Source: Torpedo marmorata (lineage: Eukaryota). Taken from it: a DNA stretch of 64,000 nucleotides. Under the pieces are notes generated by a model, which ran no database searches, was not told where the DNA came from, and saw only the letters and a list, made by a program, of their open reading frames with translations. Made by a program: the position numbers and the translations under genes. The stretch spans positions 77,562,001-77,626,000 of the forward strand of contig OZ360232.1 of the NCBI GenBank assembly GCA_977017645.1, read 5' to 3'. Position 1 is the first letter of the stretch; each line of letters opens with the position of its first letter. Below, piece by piece: positions 11,157 through 23,700 of the stretch.

Positions 11157-11779
11157 TATAAGTAACGGTGACTTCGCTCCACCAATAGTCACCTGGAGGC
11201 TAAGTGTGGTCCTTGCTTTTGACGCGTTTTATTTTATTTACTGACAAAGTCCAATATGTTCAGAGATTTTTATTTTCACACATGACTTGCAGTAATCTTC
11301 AATGACTTTAATATAAACAGTTCTTGTAAACGATGTATGATAAGTTCCTTTAAATTATTCTTTAAACAATTCCAAAACGATATGAAAACACTGTAGATGA
11401 TGTTAAAGTTATAAAAACATTATAACTCGATATAAAACGGTCAATAAAGATGTGGAGACCAGACTCACCCTCCATACATCTTTTCCTTTCCTGTTCTCTC
11501 TCTCTTTAATGGCTCTGCGCATCCTACCCCGCGCATACTACAACTCCCAGCCTCCCACGCGCACAATGACGTCGCTCCATACTGCGCATGCGCCCGTCGG
11601 CACTCCCGCGCATGCGCATATCAAAGAACGGGCTGATAGCGGCCCGCAGACAACGCGAGCGCTCCGAACGGGCCGAGGACGGCCCAGCAACATCCACAAC
11701 AATTACGCGGCGCTCCAAGGCCCGACAAGACATCGGAGCGCCGCAACAACGGTAAGTAAACGAGCCTACGGCTCTTACA
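11157..11779 (-). repeat. 5' LTR of the BEL/Pao element
   Basis: Direct repeat of 5797-6419; CpG-rich U3. Confidence 0.95.
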
Positions 11780-12178
11780 GGCAGTTAAAGTGATTCTTCA
11801 CTGTTCAAAAAAATTAATTGTGAAAGAACAATGCAATTTCTAATCATATCCAGATATTCAGCATATTTTTCAGTTGTCTTTAAATTCATCTGAAAAAAGT
11901 GAGGTGTTAAGGAATCACTGTGGTGTAATCACAACAGCATTTGAAGGGTGAATTCATAGAGGTCACTTTAATGAACTGGAGTTGAGCAAAGTTAAGCAAC
12001 TTCAACAAAGAACAAAGAACAAAATACTCAAAGGATGGGCAAGTATATCAATGCCACCTTGATAATCAAGTTCAAGTTCAAATTAATTGTCAGAGTACAT
12101 ACATAACATCACATAGAACCTTGAGGTTCTTTTTCCTGCAGGCAGGTGGAGAATTATCAGCTATGCAAATGATGTCAA

Positions 12179-12398
12179 CTCAAACCCCTGGTATCTGGCA
12201 TCTAAAGGGGTTTGGTAGATGCCGGAGAAGTGAATTTTCCTGTTGCTTGAGATTGCGTGTTGTGTGGATTGACGAACTAACCAGCGAGGCACGCCAATTT
12301 TAAACTTCCATATTTTTACCTATTTATTTTCTGCAATTTTTTTGCTGGTTGCTTGAGGCTGCCGGTTGCTTGAATTCCGGATAACAGGGGTTTTACTG
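12179..12398. mobile_element. Degenerate Tigger/pogo-like MITE
   Basis: Right end ccggataacaggggttttactg+TA; left end aaacccctggtatctgg is an imperfect inverted copy. Confidence 0.5.
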
Positions 12399-13322
12399 TA
12401 CTTCCTTCTTTCTTTATACCTCCATCCACCATTGCCACTCATCATTAATGGCACAATTTTATGCCTTTCTTTTTACTATGAACAAATATACTCCATGTAT
12501 CAGCAGAACAGATGACATTACAATTGCTCAGATCTCTTCCTCAGAGACACAAAACAAGACAGAGTTGTGGATCCAGAAATTCAGGTAAATGGGACTATGT
12601 ACCTAGAAGTCACATTTTCAGAGTAGAACAGAAATCTATTTAGCAGTCAAATTATATCATTCAGAAAATTCCACTGGGTGTTTTCTACCATGATTTACCC
12701 ATGTACATGCAATGCAATTTCTATTCTGGAGTACCCAATATTTTGGCACTCTGGAAAAACTGTGTTTACATAGCAGTTATTTAAAGGGAGCCGATTTGAG
12801 CAGAATCCACCCTAACAATGGAAGTGTTACTCATGCATGTAGCACATGTTATTTGTGAATTACCTGCTTTCCTCCAGCACATCTCCCTTCACCCTTGAAA
12901 AAACGCATTGACCCCTCACACTAACTGTCCTTCTCCCTTTCCCAAGGGCCAAATCTCTGACACCAAGCTCCAATCTTTGACCACACACTCCACTATAGGC
13001 TCCGAACTGGCCAACTTCAACGAATTCCACCCAAGTCTATCTCCAGACAAGTCCCCCGGGGCCATACTGGAGCTCTAACCACCACCCACCACAACTGTGA
13101 CAATCTGGGATCCCATTTTGCCATAATATTTTAGCACACTAATGTGAGCAACAGGGAAGCAGTGGTTCCCAAGGCCCTGTACGTTTCTCACACCTTGTTG
13201 TGCAGATCAACTGTAGTCTCTGATCTTTAAACCAACTGCAATGGTTATTTTTAAAAGAAATGCTTCTGTTATCTGATTATGAATCATATCTATTGCCAAT
13301 CTCTTATTATGATTCATTAAAA

Positions 13323-14108
13323 TTATTGTACAAATGTGACAAATTCATTGAAATCTGCTTGTTCCTCGGAGTTAAAGAATCTCTTCTGCCCATCTTTCAA
13401 AACAATTCGAAGATGCGCTGGATACTGCATAACTGGCCTCAGACCTTCATTATAGAAAATCTGCATAACACCATGGAACTTTCTTCTCATCGCCAATACT
13501 TCTGGACATAAATCTTCCACCAATCTAATAGATTGGCCTTGATAATTCAAGTCCTTCTTTCGACGAGCCACTTGAATGATTTGTTCCTTTTGATGATAAT
13601 AATGACAGCAAACGATCACCACTCTTGGACGTGCCTCCGATGTCCCTCTGAAAGAAGGAATCTGATATGCCCGATCCACTAGGAGCTCTCCAGTTATTGC
13701 ATCTTTCCCAACTAAATCGGTAAGTAGCTGAGCAAAGACTGTGACAGGAGAGAGCCCCTTCTCGATGCCTTCTTTAACTCTGCTACGGCCCTCCAGGTTG
13801 ACCAAACGAGACGACAGATTGTTGTATTTTAAATCGAGATTATTCATCTTTTATTTTTCCAGCGAGTCTGTCGTAAGATGTACTAGTTGTTCAACTTCTT
13901 GTACACCTTTTTGCATCTGTGTTATTACCTCTATTGATTGATCCAACTTTCCCTCCAACTTGAGCACAGCTGTCATTAATTTCTCATATAACTCCTTACC
14001 AATCAGATTAGTAACCGTGACCAGAGAGCAAGTAATCTCATCTTCGGATTCAGAGGCAGTTGTTGTTTCAGTAGCCACTTTTGTCTTCTTTGCCGCTTTC
14101 CGAGACAT
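13323..14108 (-). pseudogene. L1 ORF1 (Transposase_22-like RNA-binding protein), frameshifted
   Basis: Coiled coil, then LEGRSR..VDRAY..PRVVIVCCHYYHQKEQI..EDL..YPAHLRI; its 5'UTR resumes after 15693. Confidence 0.8.
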
Positions 14109-14140
14109 TTTTCTGATTATTTATTAATAATGTTGTTAAA

Positions 14141-15677
14141 GACTGGGAGGTTTACAACTCCCTAATTTTAAAAATTATTATCGAGCGGCACAAATGAGAT
14201 TTGTTACTTCCTTTTTTGAAAGTGAAGTAAGACCTGCATGGGTTGGAATAGAGCTTGGTGAAATAGGAGAAAAGGTACCAGAAGAATTTATATACAAATG
14301 GAATTCAAAATTATTGATAGGTGCTAAAGAAACGCCGTTGTTAAAACATTTGATTAATGCTTGGAACAAGATTAATGATGAGATAGGGATGAAAGGAAAC
14401 ATATCACCCAAAATGTCTTTGATACAGAATAATCTTATACCATTTACAAAAGATAATCAATTTTTAAACATATGGTCACAGAAAGGAATAAAGAAGATTG
14501 TTATGAAGGGAACCAGCTGATGTCGTTTGTACAACTACGGAATAAATATGGAATACCCAATAACACTCTTTTTGTTATTTTCAATTAAGAGGTTATTTAA
14601 GAGAAAAACTAGGTCCAGATATGTTGTTACAAGATTGTAGTGAGGTAGAAATTCTTATTAGGAAAGGAAATATTAAAAAATTTACTTCTATAATGTATTC
14701 TTTGCTACAAAGGGGAACTTTAAAACGAGGACTTCATAAGTCTAGACAAAGATGGGAGCAAGATCTTAATGTTACAATTGATTAAAAAAAGATGGTCGGA
14801 TTTATGTCAAGACAGTATGATTAATACTGTTAATGTAAGATATAGATTAGTACAGTATAATTTTTTACATCAATTATACCTTACACCACAAAAACTGAAT
14901 AAGATAAAATCTACGTTATCAAATAGGTGTTTTAGATGTGGCGAAGTGGAGGGAACTTTTCTACACTCAACATGGTTATGTTCTAAAGTTAAAGGTTTTT
15001 GGATAGAGTTAGGGAACCGGTTAAAACAAATTACAGGTGTTGCATTTCCACAGAATCCTGATTTATTTCTATTAGGAAATGTGGAAGGAACTAGACCAAA
15101 GTTGAAGTTATCTACATGTCAATTGAAATTTGTAAAAATTGCTTTAGCAGTAGCAAGGAAGTGTATAGCAGTAACTTGGAAATCAGATACAAGTTTAAGT
15201 ATGGATAGGTGGAATTCAGAGATGCGGAGCTGTATTCCTTTGGAAAGAATAACATATAATATGAGAAACAAATATGGGATATTTTTGCAAATTTGGCGTC
15301 CATATATCCAATCATTAGGTATGAATATTTGAATGTGTTGCTCTACACCCTGGACCCTATTGACTCTCTCAAACTTAAAGAATAAATATTGTTGAATACC
15401 ACGCGTCGAGCCGTGGACCCAGCAGCGATCCGTTCAGTCGTATTGGATAAGAAATATTAATGCCTTCTTTTCTTTTAGTTTTTAGAAAGGGGAGGGAATT
15501 AAAGGGAGGCAAAGGGTGGAGGGTGGGCAACTTTATAGAGGGTGGGTTATGAGAGGGGTTAGATACACTGTAATACAAATTATGTTTTTTATGTACCGGA
15601 ATTAATAATGTATACTACGTATGTTGTATTACTGTGAGAAAATTTAAAATTTAAAATAAAATATTTTAAAAAAATAA
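14141..15677 (+). mobile_element. 5'-truncated L1 (ORF2 C-terminus, G-rich 3'UTR, A-tail) inserted in the 5'UTR of the older L1
   Basis: GGLQLPNF..YRLVQYNFLHQLY..CFRC..HSTWLC; 16-bp TSD taataatgttgttaaa (14125-14140 / 15678-15693). Confidence 0.9.
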
Positions 15678-15976
15678 TAATAATGTTGTTAAAAAAACAC
15701 TCCCACCAAAGTTAGGTTAGTGAATATCACAAAAAAAGTTAGGTCCGGAGGTGGAAAGTGTTAAATGTTGGCAGAGCCGATGACTAACACGGCTTAATCC
15801 ATGTAGTCACCCAACTAATGGTTTAAAAACTTGGCCATAACCAATAAGAAACCCAATGAAAGCTCATCCTAGAGTACCCAAACTTCAGGAGCTTTATCCT
15901 ATACAGAAATAAAAACTACTATGGCAATATACAAGGTACTATTGTTGCAGGAATATATATCAAGGTAACAATACTA

Positions 15977-16847
15977 CCGTATTTGACGGCATATAGGACC
16001 CCCCCCCCCCCATTTATAGCGTGAGATTTCAGGAAAAATTTGTTTTAGTGTATTTACCTTCACAGCAGCAACACGTCCTCCTGCCCGCCACACGCCGAGG
16101 CTCAGGCTGCTTCCCCCCCCACCGTCCAAACGCTAATTGATTGACAGGTGTGCCGGGACCTGCAGGCGCGCGAGGGTGGGAGGGAGAGAATCCAAGACAA
16201 CGGGCAGGGCCCAGGCCCACCGTCGCAGGGAGCAGACGATCGATCGCTTTCTTCGAGGGGAGCGCTGGGCCTCAGTGATCAGGCTCCACGCTGAGTCTTT
16301 GTTCGATGCGCACGGCTCCCCGAACAGATTGAATGAGGCTCGGGGGCGGGTGGCAGTGAGCGAGTGGCCTGTTGAGCTGAGCTTGACAGGCCACTCGCTC
16401 ACTGCCACCCCCCCCCCCCCCCCGGCGCCTCATTCAATTTGCTCAGGGTCCGTGCTCGTCGAACAAAGGCTGATCATCAAGGCCCAGCGCTCCCCTCAAA
16501 GCACTGTTGGTGAGAGCGAGCGGGAGGGGGAGCGAGCGGGCGGTGAGAGAGCGGGCAAGGGCAAGCGAGCAGGCGGGGAGAGTGAACGGGAGGGAGAGAG
16601 CGGGCGAGTGAGCGGGAAGGAGGGAGAGAGTGAGCCTTCTTACCGGGGGAAGTGAGCGGCGGCGACTCCGGAAAGCACGGGTCCCCCAAGGGAAGGTGGT
16701 CTGCGAAGCTGCGGGCCCGCTTCCTGGACTCCACTCAGTTCCCAAAATGGTGGCACCAAAATGTCACCTTCGCATATAAGACCCGGGGTGGTTTTTGAGG
16801 TGATTTTTTAGGGAAAAAAGGAGGGTCTTATATGCCATCAAATACGG
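15977..16847. mobile_element. Tc1/pogo-superfamily MITE with GC-rich palindromic interior
   Basis: TIRs ccgtatttgacggcatataggaccc / gggtcttatatgccatcaaatacgg, TA TSD on both sides. Confidence 0.85.
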
Positions 16848-17428
16848 TAATTGGATAATCACTAAATTTTAGAAACAGAATACAATAAGCATAAAGCGTA
16901 TTTAGTGTCTGACAGAAGACTAATTTCTACCCCTTAACATAACCCCATCTGTCACTTTGTATTACAGTATACATTACTGTGAACATTCATTGGAGTTCTA
17001 GAAATATAGGCAGAATGCGATTCAATTTTGTTGCAGAATGTGATCTCTTCAACAAGTACTGTAAATGGAGTGGATGGCAGCTATTTATGAAGGAAAGCTA
17101 GCATGCAAAATGTCCAGAAGCATACTATGAATTTCAACTGCTACATAAATCATGGAGTCGACCTTAACCAATCTCAGCAGTTGAGCACAATATGGATTTA
17201 TGTTCTACCCAATTTTACTCTGTTAAAACTAATGAAGTATTATATTGGGACCATTCTAAAACTAATTATCCATTTGAACTGTAGGTTAACCACCCAGAAA
17301 GTTAGGTTAAAGATAACCCCCATGATTCTAAGGTTATAACAATATAAATAACCACGTTATTCCTCCCTCAAAAATTAGTTACCCGATATCTACAAAAGCA
17401 CCGTGTGCCAAAATAAGTTGATACAGAC

Positions 17429-17531
17429 TTGCAGTTCTTTTTTGGCTGGTGTTCAGTAACCGGGTCCGTAGATTTTCATTCTCATGAAGCATTTTGTAAA
17501 TGACTCTAAAAACTTCACGGTTCTTGCCAAA
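17429..17531 (-). CDS. Putative internal exon of the host gene (FGKNREVFRVIYKMLHENENLRTRLLNTSQKRTA)
   Basis: Acceptor tttatttatatag, open protein-like frame; donor ambiguous (17429, 17402 or 17383). Confidence 0.6.
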
Positions 17532-17598
17532 CTATATAAATAAACACGTTTTAGACATGTTAATACAGTATTTGAATTCATATCCAAAAAGATTTTAA

Positions 17599-17846
17599 GG
17601 GCGGCACGATTAACATATTGGTTCAAGCAACACTATTACAGTGCCAGCGACCCTGGTTCGAATTTTGCGCTGTCTATAAGGAGTTTATACGTTCTCCCTG
17701 TGTCTGAGTGGGTTTCCTCCAGGTGCTCTGGTTTCCTCCAACCCTTCAAAAACATACAGGGATTGTAGGTTAATTGGTGTATTTGAGGGGCACGGGCTTA
17801 TGGAACGGAAAGACCTGGTACCGTGCTGTATGGCTAAATTTTAAAA
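17599..17846 (+). mobile_element. V-SINE copy
   Basis: Same family as 920-1180. Confidence 0.85.
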
Positions 17847-18265
17847 CTAACTTTGCCAAGGCCTAAGACATACTTTAACAAATTCAAAGTACAGCAAAAC
17901 TCCACTGATCAGCATACTCAAGACTTTGGTGATGCCGGACTTGTTGATTTTCCAAACTGTTGGATGTTATTTTATTAATCCTCCAACACACTTTTTTTTT
18001 TAAAAAAAAAAAGATACTGCACAGTAAAATAATACATTTGCCAGTGAACATGGTGGATTTCAAGGGAATATGAGAACCAGGGTGCCAGTGAGTAGAAGCA
18101 CAGGAATCAGTGGAAGTCAACCAGGCGTTGAACCATCAGGATTTGCAAATAGTCAGACAGAGGATTATCTGAGTTATACTGCATACATCTTAACGTTTTT
18201 GAGATGTGTGTGTGTATGTGTGTGTATATCTATATATCTATATATCTATGTATGTATGTATGTAT

Positions 18266-19202
18266 TGTTACAAATTCAAACCAGCAACGACAGAAGACGC
18301 AATGCAAAAGGGGTAAAATTGAAATTTATATTTATTAAAGACAATTAAACATATAATTTCACAACAATTAACCCCACTATAAACGTCTATAAACACTATT
18401 CTTATCTAAAAGGTGTGTGTGTGTGTGTGTAAAGCCCAGACCATTACAGTCTGTGCCAAACCCTTATGTAAAAATGGAAAAACTTTACCCAAAAACCCCC
18501 GGTCAGTCATAAAAACAAGTCAGTCAAAAAAAAATAATACAGTCCACAAAAATTCACTCTCTAAGTTCAGGTTTCAAATTCAGCTCTGTGTGCTGGTAGA
18601 AGTACTTCTGAATAAACTTTGGAGAGAGACAATGACTGTTTATGCTTACAAATACTTGACTTGCTTTTCTTCTCTGATGACGTTCCCTTCTTGTGTTTTC
18701 ATAAGGATTGCGAATTCAGATCCGGTTTGGAATTAAGGCGTTTACTTGGATTTCACAGCCGGTTCCTCACAAAAGCTGCCTTCACAACTCAGGATTCTGC
18801 TGAATCATCCGGCCTTGTTGACTCCCAGCCCTTTTCTCTGGGATGTACAAGCCTGGACTTTTCTGATTCAAGAGACTCTGTGCTATTCTTCCCACTTCTT
18901 CTCTTGGATGCACAGGCCTGGATCCTACTGAGTTCTCCCGCCTTTTCAACTCCAAAACTTCCACTGAGTTAGTTTTAACTTTAGGCCTCACAAGAGAGAG
19001 AAACTCTGCAGCCTGTGTTTTTAAAGCCTCACACCAAATGTGCTTTTCACAGTTTGTCTCCCCCTGATGTCTCTCTCTGGTAAATACAAGAAGTCCTGAG
19101 CAAGTTAACTCTTTCAGTACCAGGTCCCAGTGTATATTCCAAAAGACTTCATCCTTCCTGCTTACCGTCCTCAGTCCAAACTGTCAGTCATGGTCCATAA
19201 CA
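18266..19202 (-). mobile_element. Solo LTR (937 bp) inserted in a TA/TG microsatellite
   Basis: TGTTA...TAACA ends, 4-bp TSD GTAT, TTTATT (minus-strand polyA signal) near 18331. Confidence 0.75.
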
Positions 19203-19238
<36 letters not shown>

Positions 19239-19339
19239 TTTAGGTAAGGTTGATCTTCACTATAAAATAGTGCTCAACACGTAATGTGGAGCTAAATAAA
19301 TAAGTAAACAGAAAAGCACACTACTCACATGTGCCCGAC

Positions 19340-19650
19340 NNNNNNNNNNNNNNNNNNNNNNNNNNNNNNNNNNNNNNNNNNNNNNNNNNNNNNNNNNNNN
19401 NNNNNNNNNNNNNNNNNNNNNNNNNNNNNNNNNNNNNNNNNNNNNNNNNNNNNNNNNNNNNNNNNNNNNNNNNNNNNNNNNNNNNNNNNNNNNNNNNNNN
19501 NNNNNNNNNNNNNNNNNNNNNNNNNNNNNNNNNNNNNNNNNNNNNNNNNNNNNNNNNNNNNNNNNNNNNNNNNNNNNNNNNNNNNNNNNNNNNNNNNNNN
19601 NNNNNNNNNNNNNNNNNNNNNNNNNNNNNNNNNNNNNNNNNNNNNNNNNN
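19340..19650. other. Assembly gap (N run)
   Basis: 311 N. Confidence 1.
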
Positions 19651-20668
19651 CATCTGTGCCACCATCTGCAACTGGATCCTTGACTTTCTCACCGGAAGAC
19701 CACAGTCAGTACGAATTGGAAACAATGTCTCCTCCTCACTGATTATCAACTCGGGCGCACCCCAAGGATGCGTGCTTAGTCCACTGCTCTACTCGTTATA
19801 CACCCATGACTGTGTGGCCAGGAACAATTCCAATGCCATCTACAAGTTTGCCGATGACACCACAGTTGTCGGCAGAATCACAAACGGCAATGAGGAAGCG
19901 TACAGGAGGGAGATAGATCAGCTCGTTGAATGGTGTAACGACAACAACCTTGCGCTCAACGTCAGCAAAACCAAGGAGATGATTGTGGACTTCAGGAGGA
20001 AGTCAGGGGAACACGACCCAGTTCTCATCGAGGGCTCAGTAGTGGAGAGGGTCAAGAACTTCAAATTCCTGGGTGTCAACATATCCGAGGATCTGTCCTG
20101 GAGCCTCCACGTTGATGCAATCACAAAGAAGGCTCGCCAGCGGCTATACTTTGTGAGGTGTCTGAGGAGATTCGGTATGTCACCGAAGACTCTCGTAAAC
20201 CTCTACAGGTGTACCGTGGAGAGCATTCTAGCTGGTTGCATCACTGCCTGGTATGGAGGCACCAACTCTCAGGACAAGAATAAACTCCAGAGGGTTGTTA
20301 ACTCGGCCTGTGACATCACAGGCACCAGACTTCACTACATCGAGGACATCTACATGAGGCGGTGTCTTAAAAAAGCAGTCTCTATCCTCAAAGACCCCCA
20401 CCACCCAGGCCATGCCCTCTTCACTCTGCTACCATCGGCAAAAAGGTACAGGAGCCAAAAGACAAGCACTCAACGGCACAAGGACAGCTTCTACCCCGCT
20501 GCCATTAGATTCCTAAATAATCAATGAACCAAAAACACTGCCTTACTTTTCGTGCACTATTATTTATATATTTTTATAGTAATTTCGTAAGATGGTTATA
20601 ATATGAATGTTTGCACTATGATGCTGCCGCAAAACACCGAATTTCATGACTTGTTCATGACAATAAAT

Positions 20669-20672
<4 letters not shown>
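19651..20672 (+). mobile_element. Rex1/Babar LINE, RT C-terminal half open, 5' end in gap
   Basis: [31 protein letters not shown]; 3' end caataaattctga; same family as 30606-32075. Confidence 0.92.
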
Positions 20673-20717
<45 letters not shown>

Positions 20718-20722
<5 letters not shown>

Positions 20723-23700
20723 TGTGAGCTACACAGAATTCTGAAGAACAACACACAGTCGGTGGGTTGCAAGCAAGACTGTTTAATCGGGTCTCGCAAC
20801 CCTGGCTTTTAAGCAGGGCTGCGAGCTTAATTGCTGTCGTTTACATGACCATTGCCGCTTAATCGCTGTCGTCTACATGACAATGGGAGCTGTACATTAC
20901 AATGGGAACTTTCCCGGGTCTCCTGTCCTTCTTCTCCTGGTTGAAGTAGTTGGGGGGGGGGGGGTTGGTGCCATCTTTGCGCCGGCCCCTGCTGTTGCCA
21001 GGTGTACTTGCGCGACCTTTATAGTGGTGCCCTGTGTGGTCCCCTTCTGACGAACACATACTCACAGCTCCGCAGGTTGTTGGGGATGCGCGCGGGCCGC
21101 TGTCCGTGTTGCGACGTGGGGATCGGTGCTGGGTTGCCGAGTTGCTCGCGGAGTCTGTTGAGCACCTCTGCTGTGCTGGCATCTTGCCTCCTTGGGGTTG
21201 GTAGGAATTCCCCTGGTACCACCAGGGGGGTTCCGTAGACCAATTCTGCCGACGAGGTATTGAGGTCTTCTTTAGGCGCTGTGCGGATCCCCAGGAGGAC
21301 CCACGGCAACTCGTCCACCCAATTCGGACCGTCTAGGCGGGCCATTAGAGCGGCTTTTAGGTGGCGGTGGAAGCGTTCCACTAAACCATTGGATTGTGGA
21401 TGGTAAGCCGTCGTTTTGTGGAGCTGTGTGCCCAGCAAGTTGGCCATGGCTGTCCACAGGGCTAATGTAAATTGGGCCCCCCTGTCCGAGGTAATGTGGG
21501 CTGGCACCCCAAAGCGTGCGACCCACGTGGTGATAAGGGCTCTTGCACAGGCTTCGGTGGTGATGTTCGCGAGAGGGACTGCCTCGGGCCAGCGAGTGAA
21601 ACGGTCCACCATGGTGAGGAGACGGGTAGGGGGCCTACCAGGTCTACGTGCATGTGGTCAAATCGCCTGGTCGTTGGCTCAAATTTTGTGGCTGGGTCTT
21701 TGTGTGGTTTTGGACTTTTGAGGTCTGGCACTGCACGCAGTTCTTGGCCCATTCGGTGACTTTCTTGCGGAGACCGTGCCAGACGAATTTACTTGAAATC
21801 AGCTTAGCGGTAGTTCTGATGAACGGGTGGGATAAGCCGTGAATGGAATCGAAAACCTGCCTCTGCCACGCCGTTGGGACAATGGGTCGGGGTGGCCTGT
21901 GGAGACGTCACATAGGAGAGTTTGCTCACCTGTCCCGATGGCGATGTCCTGGTTCTGAAACATTGCATCTCTTCATCAGCCTGCTGCGCCTCTGCCAGGG
22001 CGGTGTAGTCGATCCCTTGGGCTAAGGCTTGGATAGTTGGCCGGGATAGTGCGTCAGCTACAGCGTTGTCCTTTCCTGAGACATGCTGAATCTGTGTCGT
22101 GAACTCAGATATGTAGGACAAGTGGCGCTGTTAGCGGGCCGACCAGGGGTCGGAGACTTTCGAAAACGCGAAAGTGAGCGGCTTGTGGTCAGTGAAGGCG
22201 GTGAATGTTCTACCTTCCAGAAAGTATCGAAAGTGCCGTATGGCCAGGTACAGTGCTAGTAGCTCCCGGTCGAAGGTGCTGTATTTAAGTTCGGGTGGCT
22301 GTGAATGTCTACTGAAAAAGGCCAAGGGTTTCCAGCTGCCTTCACTAAACTGCTCCAGTACCCCGCCGACTGCCGTGTTTGAAGCGTCCACCGTGAGGGA
22401 GGTTGGCACGTCGGTTCTGGGGTGAACCAGCATCAGCCAGGGCCTCTTTGTTAAAAGCCGCAGTGGATTCCGCATCCCAAACCAGCGCTTTGGCTTTGCG
22501 GGTGAAAAGCGGACGCATGATGCGGGCTGCTGCTGGCAGGAATCTGTGATAAAAATTGACCATCCCCACAAACTCCTGGAGGCCCTTGACGGTGGATGCC
22601 CGGGGGAATTTGGAGAACTGCGTCCACTTTGTCGGGTAGGGAAGTTGCGCCATGGCGTGTGATCATATGGCCCAGGAAGTCAATTGTGGAGAGACCGAAC
22701 TGGCATTTGGCCAGGTTGACTGTAAGGCCAAATTGGTTTAGGCGGTTGAACAGCTGGCGGAGGTGTGCTATGTGCTCCTGGCGGGTTTTACTGGCGATAA
22801 GTATATCATCCAAGTAAATGAAAAGGAAGTCCAAATCCCGCCCTACCGCATCCATTAAGCGTTGGAAGGTTTGGGCCGCGTTCTTTAGCCCGAATAGCAT
22901 GCAGAGGAATTCAAACAGGCCAAAAGGGGTTATGATGGCTGTTTTGGGCACATCCTCTGGTAGCACGGGGATTTGGTGATAACCTCGGATGCGGTCGACC
23001 TTTGAGAATATAGTCGCCCTGTGCAGGTTGGCGGCGAAGTCCTGAATGTGGGGAACAGGGTAGCGGTCGGGAGTGGTGGCTTCATTAAGCCTGCGGTAGT
23101 CACCGCATGGCCTCCACCTACCGGATGCTTTGGGCACCACGTGCAGTGGGCTTGCCCAGGGACTATCGGAGCGTCTGATTATCCCTAAGGTCTCCATCCT
23201 GCTAAACTCCTCTTTGGCTAGTCGGAGTTTATCCGGGGGCAAGCGGCGTGCGCGGGCGTGGAGCGGTGGGCCCTGGGTGGTGATGTGGTGCCTGACACCG
23301 TGCTTGGGCATCTCTGCCGTGAACTTGGGGTCGGAAATTGACGGGAAATCAGCGAGCAAGTGGGTGAAATCGTCCTCTGGCTGCGCTACGGAGCTCAGCT
23401 GGGTGGAGTGGTGATTGGATTTTTGCAGGGCAAAGGATTGGAAGGTCCGTGCATGGACCAGCCGGTTACCCTGCAGGTCTGCCAGTAAGCTGTGTGCCCT
23501 GAGGAAGTCGGCCTAGGATGGGCATCCAGACGCTTGCGAGCGTGAACTCCCACGAGAAATGGCTGTCGCCGAACCGGAGGTATGCCGTCCTTGGGCCGAA
23601 CGTTGGAATGGTGCTGCCGTTGGCGGCCCGCAGCGCGTGTCCCTGTGACCGGGTCCTGGTTTTGTACGGTGTCGGGGGAATAATGCTGATTTTGGCTCCT

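Larger units (their letters stand above)
5797..11779 (-). mobile_element. Young non-autonomous BEL/Pao-derived LTR retrotransposon
   Basis: Two 623-bp LTRs with no difference seen by eye, 5-bp TSD GGCAG (5792-5796 / 11780-11784), PPT, BEL Gag/protease motifs, remnant of the BEL integrase C-terminus. Confidence 0.95.

Noticed and set aside
19321-19749. ORFs spanning N runs (also 24582-25102)
   Set aside because: Artefacts of assembly gaps
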